Positions 29,532-39,381 of a DNA stretch of 55,388 nucleotides are shown here, one piece after another. Below the pieces are notes generated by a model. It saw only the letters and a list, made by a program, of their open reading frames with translations, searched no databases and was not told the origin of the DNA. The stretch lies in the NCBI GenBank assembly GCA_900550615.1, contig URSX01000001.1, positions 1 to 55,388 on the forward strand, given 5' to 3'. This DNA comes from an uncultured Eubacteriales bacterium (lineage in GTDB: Bacteria; Bacillota; Clostridia; Oscillospirales; Oscillospiraceae). A program made the position numbers and the translations under genes. Positions within the stretch are counted from its first letter, which is position 1. Each line of letters starts with the position of its first letter.

Positions 29532-30551
29532 ATGGATTATAATGAGATTCTGCAATCGGCCCGTACCTGCATAGGCCCGTACTGCAAGGCCTGCCCCGTG
29601 TGTAACGGCGCGGCCTGCCGCAACACCATCCCCGGCCCCGGTGCCAAGGGCCTGGGCGTAACGTTCCAGCGCAACTATCAGAAGTGGCAGGAGATCTGCG
29701 TGCAGATGGACACCATCTGCGAAAACCGGCCCGCCGACACCAGCTTTGACTTTTTCGGCACGAAGCTGCGCCTGCCGGTGCTGGCCGCTCCCGTGGGGGC
29801 CATGAAGCTGCACTATGGCGACAAGTATGACGACGCCGCTTACAACGACCTACTGGTGTCCGCCTGTCGGGACGCGGGGATCCTGGCCTGCACCGGCGAC
29901 GGTATGGACGCCGCCGTCATGGAGGGCGCCCTCCGGGCCATCGGCCATGTGGACGGCTGCGGCGTCCCCACTGTGAAGCCCTGGGACAGGGACACCATCT
30001 TCGCCAAGCTCACCCAGGTGCGTAAGGCCGACCCTGTGGCCGTGGCTATGGACATCGATGCCGCCGGTCTGCCGTTCCTTAAAAACCATATGCCCCCCGC
30101 CGGCAGCAAGACGGTGGAGGAGCTGCGGGAGATCATCGAGTATGCGCAAAAGCCCTTTATTCTGAAGGGGATTATGACCCCCGCCGGGGCCCGAAAGGCG
30201 ATGGAGGCCGGGGCCGCCGGCATCGTGGTGTCCAACCACGGCGGCCGGGTACTGGATCAGTGCCCCGCCACGGCGGAGGTGCTGCCGGGCATCGTTGACG
30301 CCGTGGGCGGCCGGATGAAGATCTTCGTGGACGGCGGCATCCGCACGGGTCTGGATGTGTTCAAGGCCCTGGCCCTGGGGGCAGACGGTGTGCTCATCGG
30401 CCGACCCTTCGTCACCATGGTTTACGGTGGCGGCGCTGAGGGCGTGCAGGTGTATGTGAACAAGCTCCAGAGCGAGCTGCAGGACGCTATGCAGATGTGC
30501 GGTGTACACAGCCTGAAGGAGATCACCCGGGATCAGGTCTTCCGGCCCTGA
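29532..30551 (+). CDS. FMN-dependent alpha-hydroxy acid dehydrogenase/oxidase
   Basis: VVSNHGGR, DGGIRTG.D, GRP; N-terminal Cys cluster. Confidence 0.88.
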   Translation: MDYNEILQSARTCIGPYCKACPVCNGAACRNTIPGPGAKGLGVTFQRNYQKWQEICVQMDTICENRPADTSFDFFGTKLRLPVLAAPVGAMKLHYGDKYDDAAYNDLLVSACRDAGILACTGDGMDAAVMEGALRAIGHVDGCGVPTVKPWDRDTIFAKLTQVRKADPVAVAMDIDAAGLPFLKNHMPPAGSKTVEELREIIEYAQKPFILKGIMTPAGARKAMEAGAAGIVVSNHGGRVLDQCPATAEVLPGIVDAVGGRMKIFVDGGIRTGLDVFKALALGADGVLIGRPFVTMVYGGGAEGVQVYVNKLQSELQDAMQMCGVHSLKEITRDQVFRP

Positions 30552-30578
30552 GCAAACGAGGCCGCTACATGTAAAACT

Positions 30579-30610
30579 GAAAACGCCGCAGCTTGGCTGC
30601 GGCGTTTTCG
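30579..30610. terminator. Bidirectional terminator
   Basis: AAAACGCCGCAGC / GCTGCGGCGTTTT. Confidence 0.75.
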
Positions 30611-30623
30611 GTTTTATCAAGAC

Positions 30624-32081
30624 TCATTCTTCTTCAAAATTCAAAGCTCTGTCAAACAGCTCCTCCACGTCCTTGCCGGGCTTCTTGCTCAGCAGGGAGG
30701 CCACGATGGCGGCGATCATGCTGGCAGCAAAGGCGGGGATGATCTCATAGATCCCCGTGCCGGACAGGAACGCCAGCCACAGGCCGTCCACAACGGCGCC
30801 CACAATGATGCCGGCCACGGCGCCGGCGAAGGTAAACCGCTTCCAAAACAAGCTCAGCATAATGGCCGGGCCGAAGGCCGCGCCGAACACGCCCCAGGCG
30901 TTGGACACCAAAGACATGATGCTGCCGGAGCCGGGATTGGAAGCGATGAGCAGCGCCACCACGGAAATGATGAGTACCACGACGCGCCCGGCCCACATCA
31001 TCTCCTTGTCGCTGGCCTTGCCCTTGCGGAACACAGGCTTATACACATCGCTGGCAAAGGCGCTAGCAGCCATGAGCAGCTGGGAATCCGCCGTGGACAT
31101 GGATGCCGCCAGCACCGCCGAAAGCAGCAGGCCGGAGATAACACCGGGGAAGATCTTGCGCACCATGGTGATGAACACCAGGGAGTGACCGTTGATGGAC
31201 TCGTCATAGCCCAGGAACAGACGGCCAATGATACCCACCGCAGCGGCAAAGATAACGATGAGCACCGTCCAGGTAATGCCGATCTTGGCGGACTTTTTCA
31301 AGCTCTTCTGAGACTCCAGGGACATAAAGCGAATAATGATATGCGGCATGCCGAAGTAACCCAGACCCCAGCCCAAGCCGGAGACAATGTCCTTCCAGCT
31401 GCTGAAGGCGTTGAAGTAATCGGGCGTATCCACAGCATGGACGCCCACACCCTGAAGCATAAACAGCGCAAAGATTGGGGCAATGAGCAGTGCGCCCAGC
31501 ATCAGCATACCCTGGAAAAAGTCCGTCCAGCACACGGCAGAAAAACCGCCCAGGAAGGTATAGGCGATGATGATGATGGAGGCAAGATACATCGCCGCCG
31601 TCTCGTCCATACCGGTCACAGTGTTAAAGAGGGTGCCGCATGCCTTCACACTGGAGGCAGCGTACACGGTGTAAGCCACCAGGAAGATCACCGCGCAGAT
31701 GATCTGCAGGGCCTTGGACTTGGAAAGAAACCGGTTGGTCAGATACTGGGGAATGGTGATGGAGTCGTTGGCCACGATGGAGAAGCGCCGCAGCCGGGGT
31801 GCCTCCACCAGCCAGCTGATGGTGTAGCCGATGGCCAGACCCACGGAGATCCACACCTGGCCCACGCCCAAGGCGTAGATGGAGGTGGGCAGACCCATCA
31901 GCACCCAGGCGCTCATGTCCGACGCGCCCGCCGACAGCGCCGTGACCCAGGGGCCCATCTGCCGTCCACCCAGAAAATACGTCTTCTCGCCGCCGTCACG
32001 GTTCTTAAAGAAGAAATACACGCCGATGGACAGCATGAACACCAAATAAACGACAAATACAATGACTTCGCTGATCTTCAT
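30624..32081 (-). CDS. putP: Sodium/proline symporter
   Basis: ALSAGASDMSAW, GLGYFGMPHI, SMSTADSQLL. Confidence 0.88.
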   Translation of the reverse strand: MKISEVIVFVVYLVFMLSIGVYFFFKNRDGGEKTYFLGGRQMGPWVTALSAGASDMSAWVLMGLPTSIYALGVGQVWISVGLAIGYTISWLVEAPRLRRFSIVANDSITIPQYLTNRFLSKSKALQIICAVIFLVAYTVYAASSVKACGTLFNTVTGMDETAAMYLASIIIIAYTFLGGFSAVCWTDFFQGMLMLGALLIAPIFALFMLQGVGVHAVDTPDYFNAFSSWKDIVSGLGWGLGYFGMPHIIIRFMSLESQKSLKKSAKIGITWTVLIVIFAAAVGIIGRLFLGYDESINGHSLVFITMVRKIFPGVISGLLLSAVLAASMSTADSQLLMAASAFASDVYKPVFRKGKASDKEMMWAGRVVVLIISVVALLIASNPGSGSIMSLVSNAWGVFGAAFGPAIMLSLFWKRFTFAGAVAGIIVGAVVDGLWLAFLSGTGIYEIIPAFAASMIAAIVASLLSKKPGKDVEELFDRALNFEEE

Positions 32082-32159
32082 GTTTTCCCTCCTATAGGAC
32101 AAATTGCTTTAGCGGAGCCAAGTATAGCACAACAAATAATAGAACGAAATACAGAACTT

Positions 32160-32181
32160 CGTATAGAATGTAGTCTATACG
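32160..32181. promoter_or_regulatory. Palindromic putative TetR operator upstream of putP
   Basis: CGTATAGA-N6-TCTATACG perfect 8-bp arms in the AT-rich putP promoter region. Confidence 0.45.
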
Positions 32182-32280
32182 GAGTTTGCGTTCTTTTTCA
32201 TTTTTCTTATATATACATCGCATTTTTTAGCAGAATATATATGATAATATTTCCTGCCCGTTAAAAATATTTTTTTAAAT

Positions 32281-32871
32281 TCACAGATTCGGTCGGAACC
32301 CCTGCAAAAACATGGGCATCATCTGAGCGCTGTACCGACTCAGGGCGTATTCCCCGCCGCTGAGGCACCAGTCGTACATCATACCCCGCTCGAACATGGC
32401 ATAGGCCTTAGCGATCTCGTTGGCGGTCATATCCGTGCGCAGCTGGCCCCGGCTCTGTCCGTCCCGGATGGTCTGATACAATAATTTAAAATAGGTACGG
32501 TTGCGATCCAGCAGATGCTTCTCGCCCCGGGTCACAAGCTGGGAGGAGAACAGCCGTGTCAGCAGCTCCAACGAAACACTGTTGTCGATCATAGCGAACA
32601 GCTCCTGATTTAAAAACACCAGCGTGTCTATGGCATCTGCCTCCGGGTCGATCTGCGGCCGCAGCTCCTCATATTTTTCGTCGAACAAAACTGACAGGGA
32701 GCCCAGCAGCGCGTCCTTCCCATCAAAATAGTGGTAAAAGGAGCCTTTGGACGTCTCTGACTCAAACACGATGTCCTCCACAGTGGTGTCCTCATACCCC
32801 TGCTCGTAAAACAGCTTCCACGCCGCCGATACGATGCGGGCTTTGGTATTGCGTCCGGTTTTCTTGGCCAT
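32281..32871 (-). CDS. TetR/AcrR-family regulator
   Basis: GYEDTTVEDI..SKGSFYHYF..K HTH. Confidence 0.88.
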   Translation of the reverse strand: MAKKTGRNTKARIVSAAWKLFYEQGYEDTTVEDIVFESETSKGSFYHYFDGKDALLGSLSVLFDEKYEELRPQIDPEADAIDTLVFLNQELFAMIDNSVSLELLTRLFSSQLVTRGEKHLLDRNRTYFKLLYQTIRDGQSRGQLRTDMTANEIAKAYAMFERGMMYDWCLSGGEYALSRYSAQMMPMFLQGFRPNL

Positions 32872-32888
32872 GCTCTCCCCTTCTTTCG

Positions 32889-34418
32889 TTATCCTCTGCG
32901 CAGCAGACGGCTCAGGGGCCGGGCCACCAGCTCCCGCTCATAGCGGTTCATACCGAACAGCCACAGGCTCAGTCCGTATACCGCCACAAAAATGCAGCCG
33001 CACAGCGCCATCTCCAAGTATCCATGCACATCCGCGAATACCGCAATGACCAGGGCAGCCAGCAGCGGCGGCACCATCGATGGCAGCAGTTGACAGATCT
33101 TCTTCCAGAACCAACGGATGTTCAGGTGGATGTGTCGCTTATAGTACCAGTTCATCAGCAGAACATTGCCCACCAATGTGGTAAACAGGATGCACGCCGC
33201 CACACCAATGCCGCCCCAGAGCTTACACATAGGAATCATCAGCAGCGCATTCACCACCGCCACGATCAGGTAGGAAACGGAGCGGAATTTATGCATATTC
33301 TTGGCTCGCTGGATCTCCAGTCCCACCGTCTGAATGGCGGGGATCAGGGTAGATATAAACAGCAGCAGTGTCACAATGTAGTCTGTAAAGGAGTCGTCAC
33401 TCTGAGCCCATGTCTCCATAAATGGCTGACCGATGGCCACAAAGCCCAGCAGCACCATCATCATCACCATAAACTGAATGCGCCCCACCTTGGTAAACAG
33501 CCTGCTCAGTTCGGAATTGCTTTCCCCCTGCGCCACCATCCGGTGGACCCGGGGCGTCAGCACATTCGCCACCGCCGTGGCAAAGGCCAGGTAATAGGTG
33601 TTCAGTTGGTTGCTCAGATTGTAGACAGCCGCCGCCTCCGCGCCTCGCTGCCAGTTCATCATCAGCTGCCCGATGCCCCAGTTGATGTTGTCCACCACGA
33701 TGCCGATAAACACCCACACCGTGAAGCCCACCATCTCCCGCATCAATGTAAAATCATAGTGTCGAAAATTCACCGGCATGCGCAGTTTCACAAAGCAGTA
33801 GTATATATTCAGTACGCCGCTGGCCACCGTGAAAAACAGGGACATCCACGCCACCGCCTCCGATTGAAAGCCAAGCAGCAATAGCGGGATCGTCAGCATT
33901 GGGTTGAGCACCTGCTTGCCCATAAGCACGATTTTTTGGAACAGATACCGCTCGTAGATGGTCACATGGGACTCAAACACGCTGAACGGAAACGACAGTG
34001 CCGCCGTCAGCGACATAATGCGCAGCAGTCTGCTGCCCAGGGCCAGCTGCTCCGCCGTCCATTTGCTGCCGAATACCAGTTCTCCCTTCAGCGACAGCGC
34101 GTAGCCCAGGGTCAGCAGCACCAGTCCCAGCACTGTATAAGTGATGAGGAACATACCGTTGAGCTTTGCCATCTCCCGCCTGTCCTGCTCCACCTTAGCC
34201 CGGGAATAATACCGCACGTAGGCGCTCCCCAGCCCCAGACTGAGCAGCGTCAGATAAGAGATGATGGGAATGACGGTGCTGTATACGCCGTATTCTCCCT
34301 TACCCAGGCTACTGACCATAATGGGCGTATAAACCAGTGAGATCACGGTACTCAAGCCCATGGAAATATAGGACAACACCGCCCCGACGCGGATCTGATT
34401 TACCTGCAAGGCGTCCAT
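32889..34418 (-). CDS. Wzx-like oligosaccharide flippase
   Basis: Many TM segments, YTPIMVSSLG..EYGVY start typical of polysaccharide exporters. Confidence 0.8.
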   Translation of the reverse strand: MDALQVNQIRVGAVLSYISMGLSTVISLVYTPIMVSSLGKGEYGVYSTVIPIISYLTLLSLGLGSAYVRYYSRAKVEQDRREMAKLNGMFLITYTVLGLVLLTLGYALSLKGELVFGSKWTAEQLALGSRLLRIMSLTAALSFPFSVFESHVTIYERYLFQKIVLMGKQVLNPMLTIPLLLLGFQSEAVAWMSLFFTVASGVLNIYYCFVKLRMPVNFRHYDFTLMREMVGFTVWVFIGIVVDNINWGIGQLMMNWQRGAEAAAVYNLSNQLNTYYLAFATAVANVLTPRVHRMVAQGESNSELSRLFTKVGRIQFMVMMMVLLGFVAIGQPFMETWAQSDDSFTDYIVTLLLFISTLIPAIQTVGLEIQRAKNMHKFRSVSYLIVAVVNALLMIPMCKLWGGIGVAACILFTTLVGNVLLMNWYYKRHIHLNIRWFWKKICQLLPSMVPPLLAALVIAVFADVHGYLEMALCGCIFVAVYGLSLWLFGMNRYERELVARPLSRLLRRG

Positions 34419-34477
34419 CCCCTTTCGAATCTTAACGACTTATTATACCGAAAACGTTTTTATCTGTAAACCCTCAT

Positions 34478-35479
34478 TTATCCGTCCTGCCCCTCATCCG
34501 GCTGCTGCAGCTCCATCTCCTCTGCCGCGCCGAAATCCAGCTGGATCACCGCCTGCTGCACATTGACCGCGCAGCTCACGCGCAGGTTTTTCTTTTCTGC
34601 CTCTTCTGCGGCACTGCGCAATATCTGCTCCAGGATCTCCCGGTTCAATCCGCCGCCCCGCCAGTGAAACACAAACTGTCCCCGCTTTTTGCGCAGAGCC
34701 TGCTGCACCCGTTTGGCCACATCCTCTGTCTTTGTCAGCGACACGGATCGGTAGTAAAAGCTCTTGTCGTCCGTGCAGGCCGGCACCGGCAGCACCAGCT
34801 TCTCATGATCCCGGAAAATATGTCTGTCGTCCAGATTGAAGTAGTCGTACCTGTGCCCTCCCCGCTGGAGGGAGTTGTCGAACGTGGCGTCCATATGGTA
34901 TCGTTTTCCGTCTATGGTCAGTACGTTCCATGTATGGCGGTAGCGCACGCCGTTTTCCGGGTTGGCCTCGCTGAGTGCAATGATGCACTCCAGTCCCACG
35001 GCATCGCACAGTGCCTTCACGGTCTTGGCAATGCCCTCGCACACACCCACCCCCTGGGTCAGCGGTCCAATGATCTCGTGAGAATAGGATTTCTTCAGCT
35101 TGTCATAGCGAACGTTATCCAGAATGAAGTCGTGGATAGCCAGTTCCTTTTCCCTTTGGCTTTTCCCCTGCAGCGGCCGGATAAGCCGCTGGATGCGGGC
35201 GGATACCGCCTGCTGATGGGTCCGTATCTTCCCTTTTTCAAACAAATACTCCGGCAGAAGCTCCACACTTTCCGAGTCTGGATAAAAACGGTAACTGTAC
35301 CCCGTCACATAGAACAGCATCGGCTCATCCAGCTTCAGCCGCAGATATACCTCCGCCAGCCGCTCGCTCTCCAGCCGTGCCACGCGCACCGACTGTGCCA
35401 GTGCCTCAAACCCTGCCTTCATCTGCTCATAAGCCGTTTTTTCTCTCCGATTCAGCGCCGTGTAATAGTATCCGTTCAT
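34478..35479 (-). CDS. Transglutaminase-like protein
   Basis: GVCEG, HTWN, HMDAT Cys-His-Asp triad. Confidence 0.8.
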   Translation of the reverse strand: MNGYYYTALNRREKTAYEQMKAGFEALAQSVRVARLESERLAEVYLRLKLDEPMLFYVTGYSYRFYPDSESVELLPEYLFEKGKIRTHQQAVSARIQRLIRPLQGKSQREKELAIHDFILDNVRYDKLKKSYSHEIIGPLTQGVGVCEGIAKTVKALCDAVGLECIIALSEANPENGVRYRHTWNVLTIDGKRYHMDATFDNSLQRGGHRYDYFNLDDRHIFRDHEKLVLPVPACTDDKSFYYRSVSLTKTEDVAKRVQQALRKKRGQFVFHWRGGGLNREILEQILRSAAEEAEKKNLRVSCAVNVQQAVIQLDFGAAEEMELQQPDEGQDG

Positions 35480-35509
35480 ATTCCGTTCCCCTTGCAGTTC
35501 TGCCCTCCT

Positions 35510-35537
35510 ATTGTAGCAAAACCCCCGCCGCTGTCAA
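35510..35537 (-). promoter_or_regulatory. sigmaA-type promoter for the transglutaminase-like gene
   Basis: Minus strand TTGACA-N16-TACAAT with extended -10 TG. Confidence 0.65.
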
Positions 35538-35599
35538 CCCCCGGCTCAACGCCGCAGGCTCCCCCTCCCCTTTGTCCGGGAGCGGGAGCCTGCATTTTT

Positions 35600-36700
35600 T
35601 CACAGTGTCAGATTCGTGCCGTACTGGCCGAACAGCTTCTGGATCTTCTGCTTCTGGGCCGCCGTCATACGCCCGCCGTACTGCTGTGCCAGAGTTGCCG
35701 CCGCCTCTGCCTTTCCGTTTTTGAGATAGTTACCCATGGCCCGCTGCAGGCTCTCCATAGCCGTGGAGCTGAGGGTCGTTTTCTTCGAGCTTGTTTTTGC
35801 CGTGGAGCCGCTGTTGGCCCGCACGCCGCCGGAGGCCTTCTGCTCGGCGCTGGCCATGCCGGTATAGTGCTGCAGCATCAGCTTGTAGTCGGCATATTCC
35901 TGCTCCCGCAGCGCTTCCGCTTCCTTAGCCGCCCGGTCATATCCCTCCTGCCAGCTTTCCAGATCCTGCTGGTAACGTTTGTATTCCTCCTGCTCCCGGT
36001 CACTGACCTGCTCATACTGCTGCATCAGCCAATCCCGCTGGCTCTCATCCCGCTGCCGTGCGTTTTTCTCCAGCTCCGGCATCAGCTCCGCCAGCTCCTG
36101 CATGTAGCGATTATACGACTGCTGGGAGGCCGTCTGGGCATAGCTTGAGGCATATCCGCCCGTCAGTCCCGCAGCCGTCCCCATGGTATCCTCCATGGCA
36201 TCCCGGCCCCTCTGGGTATACAGATACTCGTAGTTCTGATACTGCGCATCCTTTTGCGGGTCGTAGGAAAACTCCTTCCTGCCCATGATCTGCTGGTAGA
36301 GCTGCTCCAGCTCCCCGGCAAAGGAGGACTGATACTCTCCCGGCCGGGATGTCTCCATGCTCTTCAGCGCCTCCCGTGCCGCACTCACGTTGTCCGACGG
36401 CACAAAGCCCTTTTCCAGCTGGTGGAGCTTGTCGTATGTCTCGTCCGACACACCGCTCATCACCTCCTTGCCGGTGGTCTTGTGGTCAGGCTTGGTGGTT
36501 TTATTCAGGCTCCCCCAGGTCTCATTGCCCACCACGCCGTCCACGGCCAGCTTGTTCTTCCTCTGGTAATCCAGTACGGCGTTATAGGTCTTGTTGCCGA
36601 ATACGCCGTCCACATCCAGCCTGTAGCCGTTCTGGTTGAGCTTCGTCTGCAGATCCCGCACGCTGGAGCCGGAGCTGCCTCTCCATAGTTTTGCTGCCAT
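35600..36700 (-). CDS. Peptidoglycan-binding domain plus helical putative virion/ejection protein
   Basis: LWRGSSGSSVRDLQ..VDGVFG..T..AV..YQ..VDGVVG..TW (PG_binding_1), then a Tyr/Gln/Ala-rich helical region. Confidence 0.7.
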   Translation of the reverse strand: MAAKLWRGSSGSSVRDLQTKLNQNGYRLDVDGVFGNKTYNAVLDYQRKNKLAVDGVVGNETWGSLNKTTKPDHKTTGKEVMSGVSDETYDKLHQLEKGFVPSDNVSAAREALKSMETSRPGEYQSSFAGELEQLYQQIMGRKEFSYDPQKDAQYQNYEYLYTQRGRDAMEDTMGTAAGLTGGYASSYAQTASQQSYNRYMQELAELMPELEKNARQRDESQRDWLMQQYEQVSDREQEEYKRYQQDLESWQEGYDRAAKEAEALREQEYADYKLMLQHYTGMASAEQKASGGVRANSGSTAKTSSKKTTLSSTAMESLQRAMGNYLKNGKAEAAATLAQQYGGRMTAAQKQKIQKLFGQYGTNLTL

Positions 36701-36716
36701 AGCTTACATTCCTCCT

Positions 36717-39377
36717 TTAACTCGTCACCGTGGCCAACAGTTTGTAGTTGAGCCGTGCATAGTACGCCGGGGTTCCTCCCTTGGTGCCCATCTTACTCTT
36801 GAACACGGCGGTGGGATGGTTATCCTTTTCCCAGGACACCTCGTAGCGGTACTTCTCCCCGCCGTCTTCGCCCACGAACCCCACATGGCTGATCCCGTCG
36901 AACAGGTTTTTTGTGTTGCTCCGCTCAAAGAAGAGATCCCCCTTCTGAGCCTTTTCATGGTCTGTGAAGATGCAGGCCATCTGTTGGTCGTCTATCACCA
37001 CCCCGGACAGATACCACATCAGCCAGCTCATATCCGCCGCAAACCTGATGTCCCGCTTATCGGACATGTAGTTGTTGCTATTCATGTACGTCAGCAGGCC
37101 CGTCACCCAGGCGTAGCCGTTGGGATTGGACGCGTTCTTCAGGTCTGCGGTGTAGTCGCACTTTTCCGCCTCGCTGTTAAACAACGACTTCTCATAGGGA
37201 ATTCCTCGCAGGATCATTATCACGAATGTGTCGCACTCCATCCGGCCTCCTACGATGGCTTTGTTGTTGCTGTCATACACGACCTTCTTATCCGTTCCCT
37301 TCCGCGTCACGCTGGGGCCGTTGCGGATCTTGTCCCCGCTGCCGCCGTAGAGTACGTTGGGGCCGTATGTGAAGGTCTTCGTGCAGCTGCCCCCGTCATA
37401 CTCGCTGACGTAGCTCTGGGCGATGGTCTGGGCCTGGTCCCGGGCCGTGGCATCTCCATCTGTGTAGGAAAACGCAGGGGCTGCATTCGGCTGGGCCCGC
37501 AGGCCCCGCAGCTCCAGCCGCACCACCGGATTCAGCGTTGTCCCCACGGCGTTTCCGTAGTACGGGTCAAACAGCCGGAAGCTGAATCCCACGCCGGACG
37601 TCCGGTTCACAGAGCCCACATAGTCCCCCCGCCGGTCGGTGCTCCCTGTGAGCACTCCGTTGTGCCCCCGCAGGGGAAACGGCAGCTTCACATAGACCTC
37701 CTCGCTGCGGCCCACGCCGTTTTGTACCTTGTCGATCTTCGCATTCAGCTGGTTTCCACTGTAGGACGTGTTGGCCACGATGTAGTCCCCGGCGATGATG
37801 GCGCTGTCCCAGAAGGGGTAGTAACCGTCGGACTGCTGATATACCCCGATGTCCTCCTCCCGCAGGGCCTTCATGGTCCGTCCGCCCACCACGCCGCTTT
37901 GATCCAACACCGCGATGCGCTTGGGCTCCTCCGTCAGGTCCTCGGCCTTTGTGGCCTGCAAGCTCTGGGCGCTGACCTTTTTGCCGCCCTGCATCTCCCA
38001 GTCCTCGGCCAGCTCCAGCACGTTCTCCTGCTCCGCCACCTTGCCGAAGGCCGCGCCCTTGCCCCCCGCTCTCAGGTGGAAGGCCACCCGCTCCGTGGGG
38101 ATGATCTCCTCATAGGAAGCGGTGTTGCCCAGCTTGTCGGTGAGTACGATCTTCGCCGTGTAGCTCTTGTCCACAGAGATCTCCGTCTCCCCCGTCACCA
38201 GGGTGGCCGTGCCCGACTGCATCTCCGTGCCGCTTCCGTAGCTGCCGCCCACGGCCTTCCAGCAGCCCTTGAGGGTGTAGGTGTTTTTCCCGCCCAGGTC
38301 GGAGACCTTCGCCTTGGCGATGCCCCCGATGTGGGTGCCGCTGTCCGATTCCTTGGCGTTCTCATCCGCCCGGAACAGGTCCGCCTCCACCAGCGCCGGG
38401 GCTGCGTACTCCTCCAGCACAAGGGGGAAGTCCTCCCAGGCGGACAGACCCCGGCTGTCCGTCACCGTGCAGCGCACCGTGGCGGCGGTGGCGTTGATGG
38501 TCCCCGTCCGGTACGGGCTCTTTTCCGTCCTGCTGCCCTGGTAGCTGATGGCGTAAGACTGGATGCTTGCCCCCTGCTTGCAGGTGATCTTCGTCTCGTC
38601 GAAGGTGGCCTTGGCCTTGGAGTATCCCTGTACCCATGCGTCGACGGCTTCGGCCTTGGTGCCGCTGTTGTCCCGGTCGACGCGGGCCCAGCCTGCGGCC
38701 ACCTCCGGCTTCATGCTCCCCGGCACCGTGGCCGTGAATGTGACGGACTTCGTGCCGATGAGGGTGCCGCTCCTGTAGGTCTTGCAGGTGATGGTGCCCT
38801 TGCCGCTGGCTGCCTTGGGGATCTGGGCCGCCAGGCTCTCCGGCGCCGTCCACCGGCAGCTGTCCCCCGCTCCCGTGGCGATGGTGCCTGAGGCGCTTCC
38901 GAAGCTGTAGCTCAGGGTGTGGGTAAATGCCGTGGAGGCCCTGGGCAGGCTGATGACCGCCTGCTCCCCCAGGGTGACGGTCCCCACCACCGGCGTGGTG
39001 GCCCGGGGGATGGTTTTCAGCGTCACCTTTCCGCTCACCGACAGGCTGTAGGGGGCCCAGCCGCCGGAGATGCCGGAGCACCACGCGCCGCTGAGGGTCA
39101 CTGTCTTGGTGCCGTCTTCGTTGTGGCTGATGTCCACCGTCCGCTCGCCCAGCTTGTACCATTCGGGCTTTGAGTAGCTGAAGGTGTAGTAGGTCTTCTT
39201 GCCGTACAGGCTCCAGTATGCGTTCCCGTCCTGGTTGTAGCTGCCCGTGGTGTTGGCGTACAGGTACAGCACCATGCGCACGGTGCTCTTGTTGCTGTCC
39301 GTGCTCTGCTTTGTCACCTCGTAGTCCAGCCGCAGCTTGAATCCGTTTTTTCCGGCCTCGCCGTTGATGCTTGTCAT
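36717..39377 (-). CDS. Phage minor structural/tail protein (DUF859-like) with C-terminal NlpC/P60-like domain
   Basis: NKSTV..., IPRAT, FTHTL, AFGKVAE motifs; C-terminal ECDTF...GDLFF...HVG. Confidence 0.65.
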   Translation of the reverse strand: MTSINGEAGKNGFKLRLDYEVTKQSTDSNKSTVRMVLYLYANTTGSYNQDGNAYWSLYGKKTYYTFSYSKPEWYKLGERTVDISHNEDGTKTVTLSGAWCSGISGGWAPYSLSVSGKVTLKTIPRATTPVVGTVTLGEQAVISLPRASTAFTHTLSYSFGSASGTIATGAGDSCRWTAPESLAAQIPKAASGKGTITCKTYRSGTLIGTKSVTFTATVPGSMKPEVAAGWARVDRDNSGTKAEAVDAWVQGYSKAKATFDETKITCKQGASIQSYAISYQGSRTEKSPYRTGTINATAATVRCTVTDSRGLSAWEDFPLVLEEYAAPALVEADLFRADENAKESDSGTHIGGIAKAKVSDLGGKNTYTLKGCWKAVGGSYGSGTEMQSGTATLVTGETEISVDKSYTAKIVLTDKLGNTASYEEIIPTERVAFHLRAGGKGAAFGKVAEQENVLELAEDWEMQGGKKVSAQSLQATKAEDLTEEPKRIAVLDQSGVVGGRTMKALREEDIGVYQQSDGYYPFWDSAIIAGDYIVANTSYSGNQLNAKIDKVQNGVGRSEEVYVKLPFPLRGHNGVLTGSTDRRGDYVGSVNRTSGVGFSFRLFDPYYGNAVGTTLNPVVRLELRGLRAQPNAAPAFSYTDGDATARDQAQTIAQSYVSEYDGGSCTKTFTYGPNVLYGGSGDKIRNGPSVTRKGTDKKVVYDSNNKAIVGGRMECDTFVIMILRGIPYEKSLFNSEAEKCDYTADLKNASNPNGYAWVTGLLTYMNSNNYMSDKRDIRFAADMSWLMWYLSGVVIDDQQMACIFTDHEKAQKGDLFFERSNTKNLFDGISHVGFVGEDGGEKYRYEVSWEKDNHPTAVFKSKMGTKGGTPAYYARLNYKLLATVTS

Positions 39378-39381
39378 GTCC

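Noticed and set aside
36717..39377. Tail protein as a diversity-generating retroelement target
   Set aside because: No reverse transcriptase and no template/variable repeat pair seen in the window
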